Below are positions 1 through 11,267 of a stretch of DNA of 64,000 bases, piece after piece. Both the position numbers and the translations under genes were made by a program. Below the pieces are notes generated by a model. That model saw nothing but the letters and a program-made list of their open reading frames with translations, was not told where the DNA came from and searched no databases. Source of the DNA: Escherichia coli (lineage in GTDB: Bacteria > Pseudomonadota > Gammaproteobacteria > Enterobacterales > Enterobacteriaceae); the NCBI RefSeq assembly GCF_009931435.1, contig NZ_CP043414.1; one strand, given 5' to 3'. Numbering within the stretch: the stretch's first letter is position 1; every line of letters begins with the position of its first letter.

Positions 1-455
1 ATAGTAATGATGTTGACAACACCACCAATCGCGCCAGAGCCATAAACTGCCGAGCGCGGACCGCGGATATATTCGATACGCTGGACCAGCGAGACCGGGA
101 TCTGGTCAATCTCTGAGTTATTCGAAATACCAGGGCGTGCTACTGGAATGCCATCGACTAACACCAGAACGTGTTTCGCTTCAGTTCCCCGGATAAAAAG
201 AGAAGAACTCTGCCCCATACCACCATTCTGTGCGACATCAACGCCAGGCAAGCGGCGCATCACATCCAGAACAGTTCTGGATTGCCAGCGTTCGATATCC
301 TCACGCGTGACAATATCCGTCGGAGCCAGAACCGTATTGACCGGTTGCTGAAAACGGTTAGCAGTAACGACGAGAGTATCCGGGCTGGTATCCTGTGCCC
401 AAGCGGAAAATGCCGTGACGGAACACGCCGTCAGCAGCGAAGCTTTTTTAATCAT
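1..455 (-). CDS. btuB: TonB-dependent vitamin B12 outer-membrane receptor BtuB, N-terminal part only (gene runs off the window start)
   Basis: Reverse complement of 420-455 reads ATGATTAAAAAAGCTTCGCTGCTGACGGCGTGT = [12 protein letters not shown], continuing [27 protein letters not shown], the BtuB signal peptide and N-terminus as I recall it. The + strand ORF 171..749 in the track is antisense to this gene and its leader. Confidence 0.9.
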   Translation of the reverse strand, partial: MIKKASLLTACSVTAFSAWAQDTSPDTLVVTANRFQQPVNTVLAPTDIVTREDIERWQSRTVLDVMRRLPGVDVAQNGGMGQSSSLFIRGTEAKHVLVLVDGIPVARPGISNNSEIDQIPVSLVQRIEYIRGPRSAVYGSGAIGGVVNIIT

Positions 456-700
456 TGTAAAGCATCCACAATAGAAGAAGGATGCCGCAGGCTTCATCAA
501 TATTACGCGATGATGAGAACCAGATGCGACGTTAGCCGGCAGGTCTTCGGGCTTGGAGGGGTATATAAAATACTAAGAGATGATGACTTCCCACCGGATG
601 GCAGTGTCCGCATAACGCAATCATCGCACCTTTCCTTACCGCTGCGCGTCAGCTCCAGATTTGCACTGGATTCCCTATTAACTCACAGGACCGGCGAGTG
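456..700 (-). promoter_or_regulatory. btuB 5' leader containing the cobalamin (B12) riboswitch
   Basis: Roughly 240-nt untranslated leader directly upstream of the btuB ATG on the minus strand; the sequence matches the E. coli btuB leader as recalled. Boundaries are approximate. Confidence 0.7.
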
Positions 701-823
701 GATGCTACAGGTTGTAACAAGTTGCTGTCCAGACGTAGCTCACAAATAGGAATACATCAAGATCTGGACATCTGATGAGCAATCCCTACAATCGCCGCGT
801 ACATTTCATTTTCAGGATACATC

Positions 824-1924
824 ATGACCCCCGAACACCTTCCAACAGAACAGTATGAAGCGCAGTTAGCCGAAAAAGTGGTACGTTTGCAAAGTATGAT
901 GGCGCCGTTTTCTGACCTGGTTCCGGAAGTGTTTCGCTCGCCGGTCAGTCATTACCGGATGCGTGCGGAGTTCCGCATCTGGCACGATGGCGATGACCTG
1001 TACCACATCATTTTCGATCAACAAACCAAAAGCCGCATCCGTGTAGATAGCTTCCCCGCTGCCAGTGAACTCATCAACCAGTTGATGACGGCGATGATTA
1101 CGGGTGTGCGTAATAATCCCGTTCTGCGCCACAAGCTATTCCAGATTGATTACCTCACTACGTTGAGTAATCAGGCGGTGGTTTCCCTGCTGTACCATAA
1201 AAAGCTGGATGACGAATGGCGTCAGCAGGCGGAAGCTCTGCGCGATGCGTTGCGCGCACAAAATTTAAATGTGCATCTGATTGGTCGGGCAACGAAAACC
1301 AAAATCGCGCTGGACCAGGATTACATCGACGAACGTCTGCCGGTCGCAGGGAAAGAGATGATCTACCGTCAGGTAGAAAACAGCTTTACCCAGCCGAACG
1401 CGGCGATGAATATTCAGATGCTGGAATGGGCGCTGGACGTCACCAAAGGCTCAAAAGGCGATTTACTGGAGCTGTACTGCGGCAACGGTAACTTCTCATT
1501 AGCCCTGGCGCGCAATTTTGATCGGGTATTAGCCACCGAAATCGCCAAGCCTTCAGTCGCTGCCGCGCAATACAACATTGCCGCTAACCATATTGATAAC
1601 GTACAAATTATTCGTATGGCGGCAGAAGAATTTACTCAGGCGATGAAGGGTGTGCGCGAGTTTAACCGCTTGCAAGGGATCGATTTAAAGAGTTATCAAT
1701 GCGAAACCATTTTTGTCGACCCGCCGCGCAGCGGTCTGGACAGTGAAACCGAGAAAATGGTGCAGGCGTATCCACGTATTCTGTATATCTCCTGCAATCC
1801 GGAAACGTTATGCAAGAATCTGGAAACATTAAGCCAGACGCACAAGGTTGAACGTCTGGCTCTATTTGATCAGTTCCCCTACACGCACCATATGGAGTGC
1901 GGCGTATTACTGACCGCGAAGTAA
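824..1924 (+). CDS. trmA: tRNA (uracil54-C5)-methyltransferase
   Basis: 366-aa ORF beginning [29 protein letters not shown], full-length match to TrmA; divergent from btuB as in K-12. Confidence 0.95.
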   Translation: MTPEHLPTEQYEAQLAEKVVRLQSMMAPFSDLVPEVFRSPVSHYRMRAEFRIWHDGDDLYHIIFDQQTKSRIRVDSFPAASELINQLMTAMITGVRNNPVLRHKLFQIDYLTTLSNQAVVSLLYHKKLDDEWRQQAEALRDALRAQNLNVHLIGRATKTKIALDQDYIDERLPVAGKEMIYRQVENSFTQPNAAMNIQMLEWALDVTKGSKGDLLELYCGNGNFSLALARNFDRVLATEIAKPSVAAAQYNIAANHIDNVQIIRMAAEEFTQAMKGVREFNRLQGIDLKSYQCETIFVDPPRSGLDSETEKMVQAYPRILYISCNPETLCKNLETLSQTHKVERLALFDQFPYTHHMECGVLLTAK

Positions 1925-1927
1925 AAC

Positions 1928-1960
1928 CTATGCCGGATGCGCCAGCATCCGGCATGATAC
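1928..1960. terminator. Hairpin downstream of trmA (gccggatgc...gcatccggc), terminator or REP-like
   Basis: Inverted repeat ctatgccggatgcgccagcatccggcatga read directly between convergent trmA and yijD. Confidence 0.4.
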
Positions 1961-1963
1961 CGA

Positions 1964-2323
1964 TTACTCAGCAACTTCCTGCTTACGGTTACGCATCTTC
2001 GCGCCAATCCAGAACACCATAATGACGGACAGTACTGCCGGGAAGAAGTTAGAACCGATATCCGGATATTCCGCACGAACCACAGTGCTATACAGCAGAA
2101 CGCCGAGAATAAAACAGGCAGCTGCCAGACCCGGCAAGCCTACCGGCATAGTGCGATTAAGATAACGTTGATGCAGGCAGTAAACCGTCAGCACCAGGGA
2201 AATAATCGGGAATACAGAAAATGGCACAATGGAGCTAAACAGCGCTGCGAAAGTACCATTAATCGATAAGCCAGCCACCAGCGCCAGCAGCAGCGTACCT
2301 CTATCTTGATTTGCTTGTTTCAT
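1964..2323 (-). CDS. yijD: Small inner-membrane protein YijD
   Basis: 119-aa hydrophobic ORF immediately downstream of fabR on the same strand, as in the fabR-yijD operon. Confidence 0.85.
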
Positions 2324-2970
2324 TACTCGTCCTTCACATTTCCCGGAATAATTGCGGTTTTCTCTTGTTCACGGCGATACCAGTAATAAGCCCCTTTCGA
2401 AATCATTCGCAGTTGCAGTACCAGTCGCTCTTCTAATTGCCGACGTTGTTCGATGCCGACGTCCAACGCCTCGGCCCCCGCACTGAAGACAATCGTCACC
2501 ATGGCTTCGGCTTGCGCTTCAGTAAACGCACGCGGCATATGGTTTTCGAGTTCCAGATAGTCCGCAAGTTCCGCAATGAAGTGCTGAATTTCACGCGCAA
2601 CGGCGGCACGAAACGCAGCGGAGGTGCCGGAGCGTTCCCGCAATAATAACCGGAAGGCGTTAGGATTATTACCGATGAACTCCATAAATGTGGAGACCGA
2701 GGTGCGGATCACACTCCCGCCTTTGGCGATACGCTGACGCGCCTGGCGCATGAGTTGGCGTAGCATTAAACCGCTCTCATCAACCATGGTCAGACCCAGT
2801 TCGTCTACGTCGCGGAAATGCCGATAAAAAGAGGTGGGAGCAATGCCCGCTTCACGCGCCACTTCACGCAAACTCAGGCTGGCGAAGCTGCGTTCAGCAC
2901 TTAATTGGCTAAATGCGGCTTCCACCAACGAACGGCGGGTTTTTTCTTTTTGTTGCGCTCTTACGCCCAT
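2323..2970 (-). CDS. fabR: TetR-family repressor of unsaturated fatty acid biosynthesis FabR
   Basis: ORF 2323..3066; start placed at the internal Met giving [20 protein letters not shown] (215 aa). Choice of start codon is uncertain; the upstream Mets would give longer forms. Confidence 0.85.
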
Positions 2971-3304
2971 CACGATGTCTGAATCCTTGCCAAAAGTACT
3001 GCTGGCACTATACCAGAGAATGAACATACTGGATTGCTCCAGTGTTGTGAATGAACCGTAACGCAATAAAACATATTTACTGCAATTCTTTGGCTGGTTC
3101 TTTTACGAACATCGGAAACCTGCCGCTTAAACGGTGAGTATTGGCGATAAAAATCCAATAAAACGTTCAAGGCAAAAGTAAGAAACAGACAAAGCAAAGG
3201 CCGCTCACGATATAGCCAGATAAATGACGGGGATCAATTGGCTTACCCGCGATAAAATGTTACCATTCTGTTGCTTTTATGTATAAGAACAGGTAAGCCC
3301 TACC

Positions 3305-4705
3305 ATGCCACATTCCTACGATTACGATGCCATAGTAATAGGTTCCGGCCCCGGCGGCGAAGGCGCTGCAATGGGCCTGGTTAAGCAAGGTGCGCGCGTC
3401 GCAGTTATCGAGCGTTATCAAAATGTTGGCGGCGGTTGCACCCACTGGGGCACCATCCCGTCGAAAGCTCTCCGTCACGCCGTCAGCCGCATTATAGAAT
3501 TTAATCAAAACCCACTTTACAGCGACCATTCCCGACTGCTCCGCTCTTCTTTTGCCGATATCCTTAACCATGCCGATAACGTGATTAATCAACAAACACG
3601 TATGCGTCAGGGATTTTACGAACGTAATCACTGTGAAATATTGCAGGGGAACGCTCGCTTTGTTGACGAGCATACGTTGGCGCTGGATTGCCCGGACGGC
3701 AGCGTCGAAACACTAACCGCTGAAAAATTTGTTATTGCCTGTGGTTCTCGCCCTTATCATCCAACAGATGTTGATTTCACCCATCCACGCATTTACGACA
3801 GCGACTCAATTCTTAGCATGCACCACGAACCGCGCCATGTACTTATCTATGGTGCTGGAGTGATCGGCTGTGAATATGCGTCGATCTTCCGCGGTATGGA
3901 TGTAAAAGTGGATCTGATCAACACCCGCGATCGTCTGCTGGCGTTTCTCGATCAGGAGATGTCAGATTCTCTCTCCTATCACTTCTGGAACAGTGGCGTA
4001 GTGATTCGTCACAACGAAGAGTACGAAAAGATCGAAGGCTGTGACGACGGTGTGATTATGCATCTGAAGTCGGGCAAAAAGCTGAAAGCCGACTGTCTTC
4101 TCTATGCCAACGGTCGTACCGGTAATACCGATTCGCTGGCGTTACAGAACATTGGGCTGGAAACTGACAGTCGTGGACAGCTGAAGGTCAACAGCATGTA
4201 TCAGACCGCACAGCCACACGTTTACGCGGTGGGCGACGTGATTGGTTATCCGAGCCTGGCGTCGGCGGCCTATGACCAGGGGCGCATTGCCGCGCAGGCG
4301 CTGGTGAAAGGCGAAGCCACCGCACATCTGATTGAAGATATCCCTACCGGTATTTACACCATCCCGGAAATCAGCTCTGTGGGCAAAACCGAACAGCAGC
4401 TGACCGCGATGAAAGTGCCATATGAAGTGGGCCGCGCCCAGTTCAAACATCTGGCACGCGCACAAATCGTCGGCATGAACGTGGGCACGCTGAAAATTTT
4501 GTTCCATCGGGAAACAAAAGAGATTCTGGGCATTCACTGCTTTGGCGAGCGCGCTGCCGAAATTATTCATATCGGTCAGGCGATTATGGAACAGAAAGGT
4601 GGCGGCAACACTATTGAGTACTTCGTCAACACCACCTTTAACTACCCGACGATGGCGGAAGCCTATCGGGTAGCCGCGTTAAACGGTTTAAACCGCCTGT
4701 TTTAA
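3305..4705 (+). CDS. sthA: Soluble pyridine nucleotide transhydrogenase
   Basis: 466-aa [28 protein letters not shown] with FAD/NAD-binding GxGxxG motifs; divergent from fabR. Confidence 0.95.
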
Positions 4706-5605
4706 CACTTTATCGAAATGGCCATCCATTCTTGCGCGGATGGCCTCTGCCAGCTGCTCATAGCGGCTGCGCAGCGGTGAGCCCGGACGATAAACCAGGC
4801 CAATAGTGCGGCGTGGTTCCGGCTTAATACACGGCAAATAAACAACCCCATCGCGTTTGCGCTCCGGCGGCACAGCCAGTGCAGGCAGTAAAGTGATCCC
4901 GCTACCTGCCGCCACCATGTTGCGCAGAGTTTCCAGGCTGGTCGCGCGGAAGTGTGTATCTTCATCCGCCCCGGCTTCAAAGCAGAAACCCATTGCCTGA
5001 TCGCGCAAACAGTGACCATCTTCCAGCATCAGCAGTTTTTCCCCTGCCAGATCGGCCATCGGTACGCATTCGCGGTTCGCCCACGGGTGATCTTCATAGA
5101 TAGCCAGCAACATTGGCTCATCAAACAACGGCACTTCAATGAATGCTTCGCTCTCTTTCACCAGCGCGAGGATCACGCAATCGAGTTTGCCGCTGTCCAG
5201 TTGCGCCAGTAACTGGTGGGTCTGTGCTTCATGCAGATACATTTCCAGCTTTGGAAAGGTCTGGTGCAGCATCGGGATAATATGCGGTAACAGGTAAGGC
5301 CCAACCGTTGGAATCAAACCAATATGCAGCGGTCCGGACATCGTCTCACCCTGCTGGCTTGCCATCTCTTTAAGGACTTTCACCTCACGCAGCACGGTAC
5401 GCGCCTGATCCACCAGCAGCATTCCCGCCTGGGTGAACAACACTTTACGGCTGGTCCGCTCCAGCAACATCACGCCCAGCTCATCTTCCAGCTTACGAAT
5501 TTGCCCGCTAAGCGTCGGCTGGCTAACGTGGCAGGAGTCTGCCGCACGCCGAAAATGGCGGTGTTCAGCCAATGCCACCAGGTACTCAAGATCACGAATA
5601 TTCAT
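4688..5605 (-). CDS. oxyR: LysR-family hydrogen peroxide-responsive regulator OxyR
   Basis: ORF 4688..5635; start placed at [44 protein letters not shown] (305 aa). Its 3' end overlaps the 3' end of sthA by about 18 nt, convergently. Confidence 0.95.
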   Translation of the reverse strand: MNIRDLEYLVALAEHRHFRRAADSCHVSQPTLSGQIRKLEDELGVMLLERTSRKVLFTQAGMLLVDQARTVLREVKVLKEMASQQGETMSGPLHIGLIPTVGPYLLPHIIPMLHQTFPKLEMYLHEAQTHQLLAQLDSGKLDCVILALVKESEAFIEVPLFDEPMLLAIYEDHPWANRECVPMADLAGEKLLMLEDGHCLRDQAMGFCFEAGADEDTHFRATSLETLRNMVAAGSGITLLPALAVPPERKRDGVVYLPCIKPEPRRTIGLVYRPGSPLRSRYEQLAEAIRARMDGHFDKVLKQAV

Positions 5606-5609
5606 TATC

Positions 5610-5700
5610 CATCCTCCATCGCCACGATAGTTCATGGCGATAGGTAGAATAGCAATGAACGATTATCCCTATCAAGCATTCTGACTGATAATTGCTCACA
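5610..5700. promoter_or_regulatory. oxyR-oxyS divergent promoter region with OxyR binding site
   Basis: Sequence gataggtagaatagcaatgaacgattatccctatcaagcattctgactgataattgctcaca lies between the oxyR start and the oxyS 5' end; recalled as the classical OxyR footprint. Confidence 0.6.
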
Positions 5701-5816
5701 GAAACGGAGCGGCACCTCTTTAACCCTTGAAGTCACTGCCCGTTTCGAGAGTTTCTCAACTCGAATAACTAAAGCCAACGTGAACTTTTGCGGATCTCCA
5801 GGATCCGCTTTTTTTT
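5701..5816 (+). ncRNA. oxyS: OxyS small regulatory RNA with its rho-independent terminator
   Basis: gaaacggagcggcacctctttaacccttgaagtcactgcccgtttcgagagtttctcaactcgaataactaaagccaacgtgaacttttgcggatctccaggatccgc followed by a T-run; divergent from oxyR. Confidence 0.85.
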
Positions 5817-5855
5817 ATTCTACAGGCCCACAGCAAGAGAGCCTGATAGTAACAG

Positions 5856-7139
5856 TTACTCAATCCGATCTTTGACAATAAAGAAGTAACACAGCGCCCC
5901 GGTGAATGTCACACAGGCCGCGATAACCAGCGCCAGATTAAACGAGTGCGTGGTATCCACTACCCAACCGGTTACGATCGGAGCAAAGGAAGCAAAAACA
6001 AAACTGCCAAAGTTTTGAATCCCGGCGATGGAAGCCACTTTTGTTTCTGACACCATCACCTGCACCAGTCCCCATGCAGATGTTCCCGCGAAATGCACGC
6101 AGAACAGCGCCATTGAGATAAACGCTACAGCCTGGGCTGGCGAGGAGGATTGCACGACCAGCAACGTGCCTAATGCCGACATCATCAAACCGCAGACAAT
6201 AGCCGTTTTACGCGTCTTCGCCAGGTCGTAGCCTTTTTTCGCCAGCCGATCGACAACAATACCGTTAACCCACATCCCGACCGCCGCCGCGAGGAAAGGA
6301 ATCGCCGCCACCCAACCGGTTTTCGCCAGACTGAAGCCTTGCTCGGCTTGTAAATAACCGGGTAACCACGCGATGTAGAGCCAACCGGTATAATTGACGC
6401 CAGAGAAACCTAAAATCATCCCCCAGGTTGTCCGATGCTTAAACAGCGCCAGCCACTCGCTAAATTGTAATTGTGGACGCGGTTTAACCGGCGCGGAGAG
6501 ATAGGTCCGTTCTTCGTCGGTCAGGACAAACTGCGCCCGGTTGCGATACCACGCGTACCAACAGATCCCAACCAGAATCCCCGCCACGCCGATGATGACG
6601 AACATTGCCCGCCAGCCCCATGCCAGCTGCATCAATACAAGAGCAGGAGGCGCAATAGCCTGACCGATAACGGTAGATGAGTTAAAAATCCCCAGCGCCG
6701 TGCCGCGTTCTTTTTGCGCATACCAGTCGGTGATCGACTTTACTCCCGCAGGCATAAATGGCGCTTCGCCAATACCCAGACCGATACGCATTAAAATAAA
6801 GTGGCTAAAAGAATTAACCATTCCTGTTAATGCCTGCATTAATGACCAGAATATTAAGCCTGCGCCTAAAACTATTCGTGGGCCAAAGCGGTCTAGCAAA
6901 ATACCGGAAGGGAGTTGTGAAAAACCATAAGACAGAGAAAATGCAGAAAGCAAAACGCCAAATTCTGTCGCCGATAATCCTAACTCGCCACGAATCGCTT
7001 CGCCTGCCACGCTCAATGACGAACGGTCGAGGAAATTAACGATCCCCGCCATAAATAATAAAACCAGCGTTACTGTCTGAATACGACGAATCCGTTGCGG
7101 TTTATTACCCGCAACACTGGTTGACACATCAACGTCCAT
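5856..7139 (-). CDS. MFS transporter of the anion:cation symporter type (hexuronate/sugar-acid transporter-like, DgoT/GudP/ExuT-like)
   Basis: 427-aa ORF with about 12 hydrophobic segments; N-terminal region LVLLFMAGIVNFLDRSSLSVAGEAIRGELGLSATEFGVLLSAFSLSYGFSQLPSGILLDRFGPR is typical of this family. Not in the K-12 oxyS-argH interval. Confidence 0.85.
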   Translation of the reverse strand: MDVDVSTSVAGNKPQRIRRIQTVTLVLLFMAGIVNFLDRSSLSVAGEAIRGELGLSATEFGVLLSAFSLSYGFSQLPSGILLDRFGPRIVLGAGLIFWSLMQALTGMVNSFSHFILMRIGLGIGEAPFMPAGVKSITDWYAQKERGTALGIFNSSTVIGQAIAPPALVLMQLAWGWRAMFVIIGVAGILVGICWYAWYRNRAQFVLTDEERTYLSAPVKPRPQLQFSEWLALFKHRTTWGMILGFSGVNYTGWLYIAWLPGYLQAEQGFSLAKTGWVAAIPFLAAAVGMWVNGIVVDRLAKKGYDLAKTRKTAIVCGLMMSALGTLLVVQSSSPAQAVAFISMALFCVHFAGTSAWGLVQVMVSETKVASIAGIQNFGSFVFASFAPIVTGWVVDTTHSFNLALVIAACVTFTGALCYFFIVKDRIE

Positions 7140-7205
7140 TTTTAGCTCCTTGAGCGGAATTAATCGATTTGCTGACTATTCAGAAAATAATTAAGCGAAC
7201 CGTTA

Positions 7206-8420
7206 TTACCAGTTCCACAATGTGCCATCTTCCAGTCGTGCGACGGGGAGATACGCCGGGTCATACGGATATTTCGCCGCCAGTTTCTCATCGAAAGAAA
7301 TACCCAGCCCCGGTTCATCGCCTGGGTGCATATAACCTTCATCGAAGCGCCAGCTGTGCGGGAAGACTTCAAGCATTTGTTCGGAATAGCCCATGTACTC
7401 CTGAACACCAAAGTTTGGCACCCAGAGGTCAAAATGCAGCGCCGCCGCATGACAAACAGGCGATAAATCTGAAGGGCCATGCGAACCGGTACGTACCTGA
7501 TAAAGCGATGCAAAATCGGCAATCCGTCGCATCCCGGTAATGCCGCCTGCATGGGTAATCGTCGTGCGAATATAGTCAATCAGCTGCTCTTCGATTAACT
7601 GCTTGCAGTCCCAGATACTGTTAAACACTTCACCGACCGCAATCGGCGTCACAGTATGCTGGCGAATCAGACGAAAACATTCCTGGTTCTCGGCAGGCGT
7701 CGGATCTTCCATCCACAACAGGCGGTAATCCTCAATGCTCTTCCCAAAGCGCGCCGCTTCGATAGGAGTCAGGCGATGGTGCATGTCATGCAACAGATGT
7801 TCGTTAAAACCGAACTTATTACGCACCGCTTCAAATAACTTCGGTGTAAAATCGAGATACTTTTCTGAAGACCACAACTGCTCTTCCGGCCACAGGCCTT
7901 TGGTTGCCGGTTCATACGCCAGTCCTTTGCCCTTCGCCAGGCCATAAGTGGTTTGCATACCCGGTACACCGCACTGCACACGAATCGCCTTAAAGCCCAT
8001 CTGCTGGTGCTTTGCATAGTCTTCAAGGACTTCATCAATCGTGCGCCCGGTGGTGTGGCAATAAACCATCACGCCTTCACGAGAAGCCCCACCAAGCAGT
8101 TGATACAATGGCATATTTGCCGCTTTGGCTTTGATATCCCACAACGCCATATCAATGGCAGAAATGGCCGACATCGTGACGGGGCCACGTCGCCAGTAAG
8201 CACCTTTATAAAAGAATTGCCAGATATCTTCGATACGGCTGGCATCGCGGCCAATTAATTGTGGACAAAGATGATCTTTCAGATAAGAAGCGACCGACAA
8301 TTCGCGACCATTTAATGTGGCATCTCCCAATCCACAAATTCCGCTTGCAGTGGTTATTTTAAGCGTAACGAAATTACGTCCTGGGCAAGTAACAAAAACA
8401 TCTGCAGCAATAATTTTCAT
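7206..8420 (-). CDS. Enolase-superfamily sugar-acid dehydratase, RspA/ManD (D-mannonate dehydratase)-like
   Basis: ORF 7206..8480; start placed at [47 protein letters not shown] (404 aa), closely resembling RspA/ManD N-termini. Likely co-transcribed with the MFS gene downstream. Confidence 0.85.
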   Translation of the reverse strand: MKIIAADVFVTCPGRNFVTLKITTASGICGLGDATLNGRELSVASYLKDHLCPQLIGRDASRIEDIWQFFYKGAYWRRGPVTMSAISAIDMALWDIKAKAANMPLYQLLGGASREGVMVYCHTTGRTIDEVLEDYAKHQQMGFKAIRVQCGVPGMQTTYGLAKGKGLAYEPATKGLWPEEQLWSSEKYLDFTPKLFEAVRNKFGFNEHLLHDMHHRLTPIEAARFGKSIEDYRLLWMEDPTPAENQECFRLIRQHTVTPIAVGEVFNSIWDCKQLIEEQLIDYIRTTITHAGGITGMRRIADFASLYQVRTGSHGPSDLSPVCHAAALHFDLWVPNFGVQEYMGYSEQMLEVFPHSWRFDEGYMHPGDEPGLGISFDEKLAAKYPYDPAYLPVARLEDGTLWNW

Positions 8421-8789
8421 TATTGCAATCTCCTGTGTTGTAAATAGACGCTTCAAACTTAATTTTACGCCTACTACCATACAAGAGAGAAAGGGCGATT
8501 ATTCAACCGTGATCACATTAAAAATAAAAATTTCCGCCGAGGAACAAAAATATCCTCAAATCTCACCTACACTATTAACTACCATCGTTAAAACAACGTG
8601 TTAAATAATCACATAACAAATTCCTTTAAGGAAAGGAGTTATAACAACAACAAAAGATAATCATATTTTACTTAATTCAATACGTATCGATAGGTTTATT
8701 TAAAAAGGATTTTTCGGAATGAGAGATGAAAAGAAGATACACAAGCAGGAAGAAATACGATTAATATTAGTTGCGGTAAGGGTAGCCGT

Positions 8790-8910
8790 TCCTCCCTTCC
8801 GCAACCCATTAACCGTTGAAGTCACAGACTATTTCAGGCATTTCTCAACTCAAAATAACGACAGCCAACGTGAACTTTATGGCTCTCCAGGATCTGCTTT
8901 GTTTTCCATC
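8790..8910 (+). repeat. Degenerate second copy of the oxyS 3' half (oxyS-like relic)
   Basis: 8813-8905 ccgttgaagtcacagactatttcaggcatttctcaactcaaaataacgacagccaacgtgaactttatggctctccaggatctgctttgttttcc aligns to oxyS 5725-5816 at roughly 75-80 percent identity by eye; the 5' part of oxyS is not recognisable. Confidence 0.7.
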
Positions 8911-10387
8911 AAACAACGGAGCTCAGCGCACTGGCTACCTGTTTAAAGCGAGCAAACCGTCGCCTGAGCATGTGTGCTTTTTCTACATTCGGTTCAAGAC
9001 GAATCACGTTGAGCTGCGTAGCCTTCATGGCCTGTTTGAATCCAGAATAAGCCCCTCCTCCTACTGCCGCACACATTGCAGCCGCTCTACAACCTGACTG
9101 TTCAATATCGACAATTTCAAGAGGCATTTTGCTGGCATCACAAAACATCTGCATCCAGATTCTGGAATGCGTTGGCCCGCCAGAGAAACGAATCGTTTGC
9201 AATGACTTATCAATCTCAATAAGACGGTCCTGATGCAACAAATGAGAAAAGACAACGCCCTGATAAATAGCGTACACCAAATCTTCTCTTTTATGATGCC
9301 CACACAGCCCCAAAAATCCCCCGCTTAATGCCTCATGGTAATTCGAGCCAAACAACCACGGGAAAAAGAGAATATCATTCTGTTTCTCATACCCTCGTTC
9401 CACCCACTCATTAATCACCCGATAACTGTCAGGAAGACCCGGTAAAAATTGCTGCAAGAACCATGTTAAATTACTGGCTGATGTAGGGCTTCCCTCATGG
9501 GCGAAAAATGTACCTGGAATGCTAAATTTCCCCCATACATAGGGATAATCAGAAGGAATAATGCGATCAAAGATTCGCGTTGCAATTGACCAGGTGCCAG
9601 CAACCGCACTTAACGTTGTACTGTCATAGATGCCAGAAGTGAGCGCCGCACCAACGACATCAAAAACACCACCAAAAACAGGCGTTCCGGCGAGAAGCCC
9701 ACATTGGCTGGCTGCTTCAGATGTCACAAACCCAGCTAAATCAGCGGAGCCAATAATATCGGGAACCTTACCCGCAACTTCCTTAATCTCAAATAGGCGA
9801 AAAAGTTCAGCATCATAAGCACTGGTATATTGATTATAAAAATTACTGCCTGAAATATTGGTTTCTTCACAAGCCAGTTTGCCAGTAAGCCGTGAACGTA
9901 TGTAATCATGAACCATCAAAATGGTTCCGATGCGGCCATAATTGTCAGTCTCATGTTTTTTCAACCAATGCAATAGTGCTACAGGGTGCGATGGCCAGAG
10001 CTGTTGCAGACTACGGTGATAACTTTCGCGGTCAATTCCTTGTTCTTTCCAGCTTGCAACCAGTTGTTGTGCGCGAGAATCAGAGGAAACAATGCCGTGT
10101 CGTAAGGGCTTACCTTGCCGGTCGAGCAGGTACAAACCTTTACCATGAGCAGAAAAACTGATGCCATCAATCTGACTCGCAGTAATATTGTTATCTGACA
10201 TCGACAGTGAAATGACCTGGCACGTTACCTTCCATAACGCCTCCATGTCGCGTTCGCAAAAACCAGGACATGGGCTTAACAGAGGTAACGCCTGCGAAGA
10301 GACACCTATTTCACGTCCTTCTGCCGTATAAATTCCCGCTTTGGTTTCTGTACCACCTAAATCGACACCAATAAAATACCGCTCCAT
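8909..10387 (-). CDS. FGGY-family carbohydrate kinase, L-xylulose/3-keto-L-gulonate kinase (LyxK)-like
   Basis: 492-aa ORF MERYFIGVDLGGTETKAGIYTAEGREIGV...; FGGY motifs and strong resemblance to LyxK throughout (DMAELW, HDYIR, EASPTSSGNL-like blocks). Confidence 0.85.
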   Translation of the reverse strand: MERYFIGVDLGGTETKAGIYTAEGREIGVSSQALPLLSPCPGFCERDMEALWKVTCQVISLSMSDNNITASQIDGISFSAHGKGLYLLDRQGKPLRHGIVSSDSRAQQLVASWKEQGIDRESYHRSLQQLWPSHPVALLHWLKKHETDNYGRIGTILMVHDYIRSRLTGKLACEETNISGSNFYNQYTSAYDAELFRLFEIKEVAGKVPDIIGSADLAGFVTSEAASQCGLLAGTPVFGGVFDVVGAALTSGIYDSTTLSAVAGTWSIATRIFDRIIPSDYPYVWGKFSIPGTFFAHEGSPTSASNLTWFLQQFLPGLPDSYRVINEWVERGYEKQNDILFFPWLFGSNYHEALSGGFLGLCGHHKREDLVYAIYQGVVFSHLLHQDRLIEIDKSLQTIRFSGGPTHSRIWMQMFCDASKMPLEIVDIEQSGCRAAAMCAAVGGGAYSGFKQAMKATQLNVIRLEPNVEKAHMLRRRFARFKQVASALSSVV

Positions 10388-10403
10388 GATCCCTCCTTAG
10401 TTT

Positions 10404-11267
10404 CTAAATATTATCCCAGCCGGCAAGGCGCATTTTCTCTTCAATCCATTGACGTGCATGAATAATTTCTAATAGAGGTTCCGTCGCTTTTTCTGTCCAC
10501 ATTTCTATCAGAAACGTTCCGCGATAATTAAGATTACGCAGGATCTTAAATAATTTAATAAAATCTACACACCCTTCACCAAAAGGAACGTCACGAAATT
10601 GCCCTGGAGAATCAGGCGTTACTGGGTACGTATCTTTAAGATGGATTGCGGCAATTCGATCAATCCCCTTTACCAGCTCACTTTCCAGTTCATTACCCCA
10701 TGCGGTCAGATTGCCAACATCCGGATAAACGGTAAACCAAGGGGAATTAATTTTTGTATCCAGGACTTTCCATTTACTAATAGAATTAATAAATGGCGTA
10801 TCCATGATCTCTACAGCACACATAACTTGTGCCGCTGCGGCCTGTTCAGCTGTCCAGGCCATCGCATCTTCAAACCAGGCGATAGTTTCTTCATTCTGCG
10901 GCTCATAATAAACGTCATAGCCTGCCAGTTGGATTGTTCGAATCCCCAAATCCTGCGCCAGGCGTAACGCCTTCAACATAATCGTACGTGCCTGCTGACG
11001 AGTATCTCTATCATGGCTACCAAATGGAAAACGCCGGTGAGCAGACAGGCACATTGTCGGAATACGGATCCCCGTTTGCTGAATGGCGCTAATAAGCTCC
11101 ATACGCTCGGTGAGCGACCAGTCCAGGCGGGCGAGTCGTTCATCATTCTCATCTACCGACATCTCAACAAAATCAAAACCGCAAGATTTAGCCAGGGCTA
11201 GTTTCTCTACCCAACTGGTATTCCTGGGTAGCGCTTTTTCATAAATACCTAACGGGTGGCGTCGCAT
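10404..11267 (-). CDS. L-ribulose-5-phosphate 3-epimerase (UlaE/SgbU family, xylose-isomerase-like TIM barrel)
   Basis: 287-aa ORF LGIYEKALP...GFDFVEMSVDENDERLARLDWS...MCLSAHRRFPFGS...IQLAGYDVYYE...YPDVGNLTAW...LIEMW, matching UlaE/SgbU nearly block for block. Confidence 0.85.
   Translation of the reverse strand: MRRHPLGIYEKALPRNTSWVEKLALAKSCGFDFVEMSVDENDERLARLDWSLTERMELISAIQQTGIRIPTMCLSAHRRFPFGSHDRDTRQQARTIMLKALRLAQDLGIRTIQLAGYDVYYEPQNEETIAWFEDAMAWTAEQAAAAQVMCAVEIMDTPFINSISKWKVLDTKINSPWFTVYPDVGNLTAWGNELESELVKGIDRIAAIHLKDTYPVTPDSPGQFRDVPFGEGCVDFIKLFKILRNLNYRGTFLIEMWTEKATEPLLEIIHARQWIEEKMRLAGWDNI

Noticed and set aside
171-749. 192-aa plus-strand ORF at the window start
   Set aside because: It is antisense to the btuB N-terminal coding region and its riboswitch leader; the minus strand here clearly encodes BtuB ([12 protein letters not shown]...).
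4688-4705. Overlap of the sthA and oxyR 3' ends
   Set aside because: Convergent 3' overlap of about 18 nt is consistent with the conserved core arrangement and is not a sign of rearrangement.
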